A stretch of 64,000 nt of DNA from Balamuthia mandrillaris (lineage: Eukaryota), in the NCBI GenBank assembly GCA_031835245.2, contig JAVKOQ020000111.1:62001-126000 (forward strand), given 5' to 3'. The translations under genes were made by a program, and so were the position numbers. Under the pieces are notes generated by a model, which saw nothing but the letters and a program-made list of their open reading frames with translations, was not told the origin of the DNA and searched no databases. Shown one piece after another: positions 49,431-64,000 of the stretch (position 1 is its first letter; each line of letters starts with the position of its first letter).

Positions 49431-50015
49431 TGGTAGTGTCCTTCTGCTCACGTGGAAAAAAAAAAGGTGGACCTCACATGCAGCACGGAGAGCTGGCAGC
49501 GTCACGCCCGCTTTGACTACCTCCCTCCCATCTCCCCCAACTTCAACTGCGCCCACATGTACATCCACGGCTTCTCCTCTTCCTCTTCCTCTTCATCCTC
49601 TTCCTCTTCATCCTCTTCCTCTTCATCCTCTTCCTCTTCCTCTTCCTCTCTCCTTCGTCACGCTTATGTCTCCCCGCTTCACGCCGAGCTGCACCACCGC
49701 AGCTTCCCCCCTTTGCTCATCCAAGTGGGGGAGCTGGAGATGCTGCACGACGAGGGGGTGGCCCTGGCCGCCAGAGCGCCGCAGGCGGCCCGCCTGCGGG
49801 TCTACCCCAGCATGGTGCACGTCTTTCAGGGGTTCGGCTCCCTGACGCCCATGACGGCGGTGGCCATGGCGGACGTGACGGCCTTTGTGGAGGAAGTCTC
49901 GCAGATGGAGGAGGAGAGGGAGAGGGAGGGGCAGGAGGAAGAAGAGGATAACGGGGTGGAACGAGGAAGAAGAAGAAGAAGAAGAACTGGAGGTCATGAA
50001 AGCAGCAAGTATTAG
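47899..50015 (+). CDS. HSL-family alpha/beta hydrolase (esterase/lipase)
   Basis: YLHGGGY, IDYRLAPENPFPAALED, GDSAGG, ISPWVDL, QVGELEML, MVHVFQ. Confidence 0.9.
48922..49430. repeat. (CTCTTC)n/(CTC)n microsatellite in an intron
   Basis: Directly visible. Confidence 0.95.
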
Positions 50016-50116
50016 ATCGATTGAGAGAGAAAAGTGTGAAACCGATTTAATGTTTCAAAAAAAAAATGGAAGATGAAACCACTTGAAGAAGGAAAAAAAA
50101 AGCTGTTTGTTTGTTT

Positions 50117-50692
50117 TTAAACGTATTTGGGAGGGTAGCGGCCGGGCTCGCCAACGATGTAGACGTCGGTCCTTCTCCTCCTCTTCACGACGCAGACAAT
50201 GCCGGCAATGACGGCAATGAGGCAGCACAGACCGGCAGCGGCCGCGATGGAAATACCAATGATGGCAGCGGTACCCAAAGCCTTCACCACATCTTTTCAA
50301 AAGAAAGAGAGAGAGAGAGAAACAGTGAGCAAAACATGTTCGGGATTGAATGAAACACAAAATGAATTTTAAAAAAAAAAGGGGGAAAAAGAATCAAAGA
50401 GGGAATAATATTTTTGATAAACCATGAACTCATACGAACCATCAATGGCACTAGGGCAAACGGTGGCGTCGTACTTGTAGTCAGAGCACTTGGAGGGCCT
50501 GTTGCCGCTCTCGTAGCAAATGCCCTTCTTGTCCGAGTCGCCGCAGAACCTGCAGTTGAAGTCCTTGAAGCACTGGGTGCAGTTGTTCTGGTTGACGGCG
50601 TCCCCGCAGGCGGCGGAGGTGGCGCTCGGGGCGAAGGCGCACAACAGGGCGGCGGCAATAAATACTACAGCAAAGAACGAGGAGGGAGACAT
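50117..50692 (-). CDS. Small single-pass membrane protein with Cys-rich PSI-like ectodomain
   Basis: Signal peptide; C...CTQC...CRFC...C...C...C pattern; second exon has a TM segment followed by KRRRR and YPPKYV*. Confidence 0.75.
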
Positions 50693-51516
50693 CTCTGTGC
50701 GTGCGGGTGCGTGCGGGTGCGTGCGGGTGCGTGAGCGTGTTTGACTTTTCTTTTTTATTCTCTCTCTCGGCAGCAAACCAAATTTGTTTTTTTTTTTTGG
50801 AGAAAATGATAAATTTTCCAATTACGCGTTACCTGACGTCAACCCTTTCTCAAAATTAGATAATTTGTCGACTTCATTTCTCGAATAAAATTGCTTCGTG
50901 GCTTTTCTCCTTAAGAAAAAGACAAAACGAGGATAGTGCGAAGGATAGGGCCAAGTGTGAGTGAAAGTTACAACCAACAACTATCTAGTTTCAAAGTCAC
51001 TGGCGTTGATGTAAGCGTTTTCGTTGTGCGTTGCCGTCTGCGGCAGAAAAAGAGGAGACCCCAGATCACCGCCAACGCGCAACAAAAGGCGCAGACGGCA
51101 GGCAATGGTGAGTTGGTCTGAAAGAATAGGATCAGGGCAGAAATAATCTCGGAGGTTTGTTCTCCACCAGTGACGTTGGTCCACCTGAATAGCATCAAAG
51201 CAATCGAATAAGGTCACATCGTATTTTTTGTTCTCAGTGCTTCTTCTTCGGCGTTCTGCTCGTGTGTTTTTTCTTGGGAAATAAAGCCACTTTTATTTTG
51301 GAGAATGCCACCGTTGGATTGGAAATGTTACGGAAGAGTCACCCTATATATAGCAAAGGATATGAGGCAAGATATGCAAATATGTTAGAGAGGATAGGAG
51401 AAAAGACATGAGATCAAGAGACTTGGGCGAGGAGAGGAGAGAGGAACAAACAGAAGAAATGTACATTTTTTGTTTCTTCCGCAATGCAAAAGAGAAAAAC
51501 ATCTCGCCAACGTTGT

Positions 51517-52255
51517 TCAAGACGAAGAAAACAAGAGCTGGGTTAGCCGTTCGATGAGAAAGAGAGTGATGGTGGAGCTGGGCACCGTGCGCATGAGGTG
51601 AGGAAGGAAACCGCTATAGTAGCCTCTCAACCCATTTTTTCTTATTTTTCCCAAGAAATAAAGATAAAATGAAAAGAAGAAGACTAAGAATGAGAGGAAG
51701 AAATGACGAAAAGAAGACAGAAATACAACAAAGTGTGATACGTACGAGTAGATATTTACAATCATGATACGAAGAGGGAGTCCTTCTGATCCTTTTTGGG
51801 TCTATAATTGTTTGTTGGTGTTAAAGAGAGAAGAAAGGAAGAATAATAGGTGATATCAGATGAATATTATGATGAAAATGATGAACCTGAAGACATGTTT
51901 TTATGACTTGCAACGGATAAGTTAGCGCTGCCGCACACAGTTTACTGCTTGAAGCTGCTGCCAGTGTTTCCCATGCATTCTATAAGAGGTTTGCCAAGAA
52001 GAATAAAGGATCACAAATAAACACAACAGGAAAAAAAAAAGCACACATCGTTAAACGCCAAGCAAAAAAGAAGACGGAAAGAGGACTCGTACAAGGGATT
52101 CGCTGGAACGATTCGGCCGAGATAAAAACACCCTTTTGAACCACTCGAAGAAGGTAAAGTGGACCGCGCCGTGACAAGTAAGAGGAAGAGCTGGAACAAG
52201 ACCTCTGTACATTCCTCTCAGCCCTTCTATCTTGAAAACTTCATACATCACGCCT

Positions 52256-52294
<39 letters not shown>

Positions 52295-53486
52295 AGTGGG
52301 TACAACAACGGACGGGATGACGGGGAAGACAGAATGGGCATTGAAGAGGGAGAGGAGAGGGATAAGAAGAAAAGAAAGATAAGAAGCGAGAGCGGAAAGC
52401 GGAGAGAGAATGTACGCAGAAAATGATTGTCCGAGGGTGATGTTTGCATGCGTGTTTTAACCACAAAGATAGGGTTGGTCACAAGCGTCATTACAACACC
52501 TGCATAGAACAATAGTTGCTTATCAGTAGGGAAGAGAGAGAGAGAAGCGAAAAGATAAATACACAGAAGAGAGAACGGAAGCAGACAGAGGAATAGAAAG
52601 ACAAAACTAGAGCATGTAAAAACAGAGGCAGTATACCAGCTTGCAAGCCAGCAATAAAGTCAGCCAAACGACCGCCTCGCTGTACGTTCAATGCATCCGC
52701 CAGGTAAGGGTTCTGCTGTCCCCATTTGTAAGCCAACATGAACGACGCCCACGCTGTGGTTGGTCCTATCAAACCTATTTGTTTTGTTGTTGGTAAGAGA
52801 ATCGTGAAGAAAATAAGCGCGAAGAGAGCACGAGATGAACGGGGAGCAAAGCAGCAGAGAAGAGAACAAAGAACGAAGAGAGCGAGAGAAGAGAGATAGA
52901 GCGGATAATGGAGAGAGGAGGGAGGGGAGAGAGAAAAAGCGAACAAGGCAGAGAAGAGAGTGAGTGAAGCATAGAATGAAGAGGGGCAAGTAGCCTCGAA
53001 CAAAAAGCATAGAAGAAGCACAGAGGACGCTAGCATAGAAGGTTGGAAGAGAGAGGCCGGAGAGCTCAAAGTTGTGTTTGAAAGGAAGGTAATAGCGTAC
53101 CGGGGATCAGCCCAACGTAGAAGCCTCGAACGCCTCCTCCTTGTTGCCACGTCTGTGTCAGCACCGCTCGAATGGCTCGAAACCGAGACTTGGCCAACAC
53201 TTCCTTATGTGCTTGCGCTGTGTCGTCCGAATCATTTATTTTTGTAGTTTCATCAAAAAGTTAATCAATCGATGTAAGATGAAAAAAAAACGTAGCGACG
53301 CCCAAAAAAAAAACAAGTGATACCTTGCAGACGCGTTCGCAATAGATCAAGTGGGTAGAGTGTGAAGTTAGTGAGAACAGCTGCCACGGCACCGATGCCC
53401 CCACTTTGCCATGGCTTGGGCTGCGGTCGTCCTGCCACGGAAGAAGCCGACGAGGAGGGCAGAGCCGCGCTCCCTTCCTTCTTCAT
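51517..53486 (-). CDS. Mitochondrial carrier (SLC25; folate/FAD/NAD-carrier-like)
   Basis: Three carrier signatures YPLDLLRTRLQ, NPIFVVKTRMQ, YPLQVIKTCLQ; EGLRGMYRGL; GLRGYYSG. Confidence 0.88.
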
Positions 53487-53694
53487 CTTTTTGAACCAAG
53501 CTGGTTGATCTTGGGTTATATATTATAGTTCAACCAATGAAAAATCAAAAGCATGTTTACTTCTCCATATTAGGTAAAGAATATCACTTATGATCGGAAT
53601 GTGATCGCTTCATTCTGTCTCTTTTCTATTTGCTCTTTCTCTTTCTTTATTCTCTCTTCTCTCTTCTCTCTTCTCTTTCATTTTCTCTTTCTCT

Positions 53695-54349
53695 TTACAA
53701 TGCAGCTTTCACTTTGCCCTCTCTATCACCACCATTGAAGTCGCCATGCCTGCCACGACCTTTCATGAAGCTCTCCGCTCCTTTGCGGCCCTCCTTCATG
53801 ACCGACGCCATTCCGTGCTCAAACTCGTTTGCCAGGGCTTCTTTCCATGAGTTGCAATCAAACTGTTCGTAGGCGGAGGCTCTGTCCCCACGAAGACACG
53901 TTTGGGGAAAGGCGGCGAGGGAGAGGGCCAAAGCTTCGGCCGATTCTCTGGCCTTGCCTTTGGGCACCACGCGATTGACGAGGCCCATTTGAAGAGCTTC
54001 GGAAGCATTCACAGGCTGTCCTGTTAGTATCAGGTCTAATGCTCTGCTCAAACCTGTTGAATAAAGAAAAGGATGAGGAGAAAGAAAGAAGAAGGAAGAA
54101 GAAAGAAGAAGGAAGAAGACAGAAGAAGAGAAAAGAGAAGAAGAGAGTACCAATCAAACGAGGTAAACGAACCGTGCCACCATCGATGAGAGGAACCCCA
54201 AAGCGACGACAAAATACGCCAAGTATACTGTCCTCCTCTGCCACTCTCATATCACACCATAATGCTGTTTTGTGTTTTGAAGTACAAAAAAAATCTTAGC
54301 ACAGAGAAAAAAGTGTAAAGAATGAAGCTACAAGAAAGAAAGAAACGAC

Positions 54350-54397
<48 letters not shown>

Positions 54398-55183
54398 AAC
54401 GACAAGAAAGAAAGAAACGACAAGAAAGAAAGAAACGACAAGAAAGAAAGAAAGAAAGAAAGAAACGACAAGAAAGAAACGACAAGAAAGAACGAAGGGG
54501 TGACCAACCTAACTCCAAACCACCAGCGACAGCATAGCCAGAGATGGCAGCGATGACCGGCTTGGAGAGGAACATGCGGGTGGGGCCCATGGGTCCCTGG
54601 GCTCCCTCCTCCTTGCTGAGTACATTGACGCGAGCAGGATCCCCGCTGCCCAGCGCTTTCAGGTCTGCTCCTGCACAAAATTGTCCATTCTCGCCTATTA
54701 TTATTGTGTTTTTATTATTTTTATTCGTTTAGCAAAAAAAAAAAGTTTGTTAAAAAAAAGAAAAAAGAAAAAAGAAAACTTTGAAAAAAAGAAAAAGAAA
54801 GAAAAAAAAAAAGAAAGAAGAAAACTTTAACAAAAAGAAAAAAAGAAAAGTTAATAAACGAAAAGAAAAAGAGATGAAAAGAAAAAGAAAAAGAATAAAA
54901 AAAGAGAAAAAAAGAGAAAAAAGAAATAAAAAGGATTAAAAAAGAAAAAAGAAAAAAGAAGGAAAAAAAAAGAAGAATAAAAAAGAAAAAAGAAAAAAGA
55001 AAAAGAAAAAAAAAAGAAGAGATTACCAAAAAGAACAGCGACCAAGGCTTCCTCATCCTGTTCGAATGCTTCAAACGCACGCACTAGGGCTTCAGCGGTG
55101 GGTCTATCGACGGCATTGCGCGCCTCTGGCCGAGCGAGAATGATGGTGGTCACCGGCCCTTTCTTTTCGATCTTCACCACCAT
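53695..55183 (-). CDS. Enoyl-CoA hydratase/crotonase family protein
   Basis: RPEARNAVD, FCAGADL, KPVIAAISGYAVAGGLEL, GVPLIDGGTVRLPRLIG, EALQMGLVNRVV. Confidence 0.92.
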
Positions 55184-55350
55184 TTTTTTTTTGATGGTTC
55201 ACTTTCTATCGGCAAAGTATCAACCTTTTATCTGTTTTTGGTTTTTTGTCGACGAATTATATATTGTTTTTAAATAATTGTAAATAAATATCACATATTC
55301 GATAGATTCAACAAATATCATAAATTTTCGACAACAATTAAACGAACAGG

Positions 55351-55387
<37 letters not shown>

Positions 55388-55860
55388 ATTGTACATCTCC
55401 TCTTGCTCCTTCCTCGCGTTCTTGCACGCAACCAACGACGGGAGAGCAGTGTCAGCCAACATGAAACAAAAGAGGACACGGCGTTACCATCCGTTTGGTT
55501 AGTCTGAAAAACAACTCAAAAAGACAAGACTGAAGAGCAACACGTTCTATTCGTTTAGTGTCGCCATATGCTTTTGTTTCGTTCTTTCGCAGCATTCAGG
55601 CCAAACCTGAAACTAAGTTAGTGTTCCAAGTGGTGGGATGTTCTTCTGGGCGCCACGCAATTATAGCAGACCAATATATGTAACTTTACAAAACGATTTA
55701 ATTAGAGTAACGCAAACAATAACCTGTCGTAAAGCCTCGCGGCGATTACTGGGCAACAGTTATCACCCTCGCTTACGTGTTCCTACAAGGGGAGCTTGCT
55801 TGTCTCCTAGTTCGTCCACTTCTGGTCTTAGTCCCAGGGAACAATAATAAGAAGCTTAGA

Positions 55861-56279
55861 ATGCAACGCTCGTCTTCCTTCTTGGCTTACCTGTTGTTGC
55901 TGCTGTGCTTCAACTTCTTGGTGGTCGTTCACGGTCAGTCCGAAGGTAGCATTCCCTTTTTTTTTTTCTGTTCTTTGTTTTGTTTATTTTATCTTTCTTA
56001 TATTCCTCTCCAACAGATGTTTACATTAAGGCGAGCAGTTCTTGTGTGTCGGGATGCACGCAGAGTTCGCCTTATCGATCGGTTCAAGACTTTCTGACCG
56101 GTAAGTGCTGGTCTTCTGTTTCTTTTCTGCGTCTGACAAAACTTGTGTAATGAAGACTATGGTGGCAGCATATGGTCTTTTTCTGCTTTTACCTTTCATT
56201 TGTTCCCCGGTGTTCATTCGCTTCCAGATGGCTTCGACTTGGGCCTAACTCATTCTATGAGTTTCATGTATGCTATCAC

Positions 56280-56326
<47 letters not shown>

Positions 56327-56705
56327 CAATCTCTGCTTGTTTCTCTCATCTTGTTGTTGTTCTTGTTCTTGTTCTTGTCCTTCTTCTTCTTGTTCTTCTT
56401 CTCCTTCTACTTCTGCTTCTGCTTCCTTCTGTTACTTTTATTTACCACAAAACAGAGGAGAAGGAAGCGATCGCTCCAAAGTAAGGCTTCAAACGTGTGA
56501 AACCGCGTTGCACAGAAATGCCTCCTTTCAAGGCTTGACGTTGCAAAACAAGAACACGTGCTCACAAGAGTTGTTGGTCGTTTTCACAATGACGTTGCAA
56601 CTGGATGATGTCGTGCTGAGCAATCCCGATGGAAGCGGGGTTTCCGTGCAGTCAGCATCGACTTTGTTGACAACGGATGTCACCTTCTCTTCCTTCTTTG
56701 AGAAT

Positions 56706-56741
<36 letters not shown>

Positions 56742-59129
56742 TTGTCGGCTGCTTTGTTTTATTTTAACTCCGTTTCTTTTCTACTGAACCAAAAGTAACG
56801 GTGCAGTCGGTGAGCACGTGGTATAGTTATGGGTCCCTTATCGTGGAGAATGTTGGTCCTTCCGAGAATGCTACCGGTACATCTTTTATGCTATCTCTCT
56901 TTTCTTCTTTTCCTTTCTTTTTTTTCCCTCTCTTCTTCTTTTACTTTTACTTTTTCTTTTTCTGTTTCTGTTTCTTTTTCTTTTTCTTTTTCTTTTTCTA
57001 TTTCTTTCTAACAGCTTTCACTATAGCGATTCTTATTGTCGATTCGTCAACGTGGAAATCGCTCGGGTCTGTTTCCGTTCTGAATGCATCTCGGCTTGGT
57101 ATTTTCCTCTTCCTTCTTGTTTTTCTTCTTGTTCTTCTTGTTCTTCTTCTTCTTCTTTCGTTTCTCTGTTATTCTTATTCAACAATCATCCCCAGCGATA
57201 AACATAAGACAGACATCGCACTGGACTTCCGAGAAGCAGCTCATCTTGGAGCAGAACGACAATCGTGAGCGCTTCCTGTCCCTTATATTCCTATTGTCTT
57301 TCACTAAATGCTTTTATTTCCCATCGACAGCCGTTTGGATCACGGAGACCTCGGAATGGCAGCAAAAAGGAGAGGTCATCTTCCGAGAGAACAGAGAGGT
57401 GGCAGTGCAGCATGCCGTGGATCGCTTAGTATACGTGAACCTTGGTAAGCATCTTTGTTTCCTTTGAGCTGAACTGCGGTCTTTTTGTGAAGATACCCCC
57501 GCTGATTGTTTCGAACTTCAGTTCTTCTTCTGTCCAGTTCCAATTGGACAAGCAAAGCCCCTGTCCGGTTTATTGATAACGGCCCTGTCGCATCATGTAA
57601 GTTTACCTGCTCTTCTTCTCTTCCGCTTCTCTCTGCGTTCCATCCCTAACCTCCCTAAAGCGTTGATAACGCTGCAAAACAACTGTCGTCTTCAGAGCTA
57701 CTTCACCTTTGTGGTGGAATCAACAGCTGCCTCTCCTCTCTTCACATGCACCAACTCGGAGCTCTTCACCAACGAAGCCTGCACCTTCGAGTGTTCTGGC
57801 TGCGAACAACTTCCGGGGCCTCTTCCAGTGGTGAGCTGGTCCATTGATCCAAGCTACCTTCGTTTGGACCAGAACGGGCAGGTCATCCTTCTCTCCATTC
57901 CTGACCCCGTCTTCTCCATTCGAGTTACGGACGTTCAACCTGAACCGCGCTTTGACATTGCGATAGTAACCGATGGAAGAAAGGGAAGCGAGGATGTGGA
58001 TCTGGGTGATGGTTTGGTCTCCATGTCCCCTGGAACACCGCAACTCGACTTTGCTTTCTCGGTTCTTGCTTTCAACAGCTCTTCTCCGTTTTCGCTCCTT
58101 CTTCGAGCTGTAGAAGCAGAAGGGGACCAACAGCCGAAATACTTTGTGTCAGGAGCCCAGAGCCGCGTGGATGTCGTTCTTTCACGCCCATTAGATCTGC
58201 TTTCGATGGACGTTCGTTTTCCCTTCGGCACTCCCGACTTTCTTCTCACTCCTCTTTCTTCCTCATCTTCGCCATCTGCGTCCTCTTCTGTGCTTTCCAA
58301 CTTTACGCGACTGGTGGAAGTGAACGGCGAAACGGGAGAAGAAGTCAGAAGCGTCTTCATCGAAGAGCTTTCGTGGCAACCTTCTCTCTCCACCTCTTCT
58401 CCTTCTTCCAAGGCCATTTCTTTCTCCGCTGTGACTCCCTCCAATGATGCGCTGCAATTCACCTTCTTCTCTTACGAAGAAGGAGAGGCTTTGACCTTGA
58501 AGGATGGAACGACGTTACCTCCCTTCGCTAAGGACATCATCAAATGGAGCTTCCGAGTTGAGCACTGGGATTGGGCCAACGGAGCGGAAGAAGCAGCAAA
58601 CAACGAGCTGGTTTTGGAGATGACTTTCCTGAACTACGGAGGAGATGGCTGGACCCGTTTCCAAGAAGAAACGATTGTGTTGGATGGAGCTGATAACAAC
58701 AGGCAACAAAAAGCGTTTCGCTTCGCTTCGACGGAGCTATCGGCGACATTGCGAGCGTTGGCGTTCGTTTGGACCGATGGAGACTACGAAACGGCGGTCC
58801 CGATGCAAGTGAACGTAGCACAAAGACCGGAAGGAGGAGGAGCGATGGAGTGGAGGTTGCGTTTGGCCTTCCCTCATTTCGAGAGTGAGATGGAATACGA
58901 CCCTGACCTCTCCGTTGTTGTGGAAGGAAGCGAAGGCGACAAGGACGATGGAGGAGATGACTCGGATGACTTGTGGTGGAAGGTGACCGTGCCCATACTG
59001 ATCGTGGCCGCTCTGGCGGTGGTTGTGGTGGTGGCTGTTGTGTTCCACTTGTTTAGGAAGAGCCGTTTGGCCGAGCGGCACAAGACCTTGGAGCGGGTGA
59101 AAGCCAAGTCCGCGGAACTGGGTGACTGA
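55861..59129 (+). CDS. Type I membrane surface protein, paralog 3
   Basis: Signal peptide exon at 55861; many small exons; last exon with SNFTRLVEVNG, IKWSFRVEHW, YDPDLSV and LWWKVTVP-TM. Confidence 0.78.
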
Positions 59130-59137
59130 GAAGCAAG

Positions 59138-59178
<41 letters not shown>

Positions 59179-59624
59179 ATTACACTTGAGCACCATTTTT
59201 TATTTGAAAAGACATTTAGTCCCTGCAGAACTGACACTAGGCGCAGCGTTCCAAACCCAAGCGGTGTGTTCAAGCGTGAGTGTTGGCAGTGGAAGAGTTC
59301 AGGGCCACATTGCTGACGGATGCAACTCTTCTAGAGTTGGCCTTGGTAAGGCGAGGTGTGGCCTCCCTCAATGGATTTGTGCAGTTGGCTGCCACCGAGG
59401 ACTCGAAAGCAGCAACATCAGACACCCCCGACGCTTGGGCGGGTGACTAAGACAAGTCTTCTGACGGCAAAGGATGTTGTGACGGGCAAAAAAGGGGTTG
59501 CCACCTCTGTCACTGCGGAGATCATCACGGAAGGGATTCCCACTCGCAATGTGTAATGCTAAAGTGTTGGTTGTGCTTACTATTTCTTTATCATTTAAAA
59601 CAATCCTTTCTCTCCCCTGTATTT

Positions 59625-63773
<4,149 letters not shown>

Positions 63774-64000
63774 TATTTTATCGTTCTTTGTTTTGAGTTT
63801 ATTTGTTTGATTTGCAACTTTATCCCCCAAAAAGTTTTCCGTTTCTTTGGATACCCCTGCTTTTTGGTTTATGATTGGTAACGAGGCTCAAAACTACATT
63901 ACCATTAACTTACACGAGGAGCAGCTGCCTAATTATTTAATCAATATATTCCAAATTTAGTGATAACAGATTAATTAATTTTCTTTAAATGGATAAAATA

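Overview
Gene-dense eukaryotic genomic DNA with about 25 protein-coding genes, short intergenic spacers and many GT-AG introns that are often filled with CT/TTC/TTG microsatellites. Gene content (cluA-like, ComC-like surface proteins, giant-virus-type ankyrin repeats) suggests an amoebozoan, possibly a Balamuthia/Acanthamoeba relative; this is inference. Most ORFs in the supplied track are exon fragments or microsatellite artefacts, so I assembled gene models by hand from splice signals. Highlights: (1) an apparently complete 3.7-kb Mutator-like transposon (40353-44060; 88-bp sub-repeated TIRs, 9-bp target duplication, intact DDE+SWIM transposase) sits inside a microsatellite intron of a hidden gene encoding a PARP-type zinc finger, an F-box and a SAP-like motif; (2) a probable single spliced gene fuses a membrane anchor, a bacterial-looking GNAT-like domain and a microsomal-type epoxide hydrolase (5137-8637); (3) a cysteine-free SelW/Rdx-like protein; (4) two membrane-anchored copine/RGLG-type vWA genes lacking RING, one head-to-head with a RING gene; (5) four paralogous type I surface proteins plus a relic; (6) a compact methyltransferase/hydroxylase/esterase trio. 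I could not support any rRNA, tRNA or CRISPR array.
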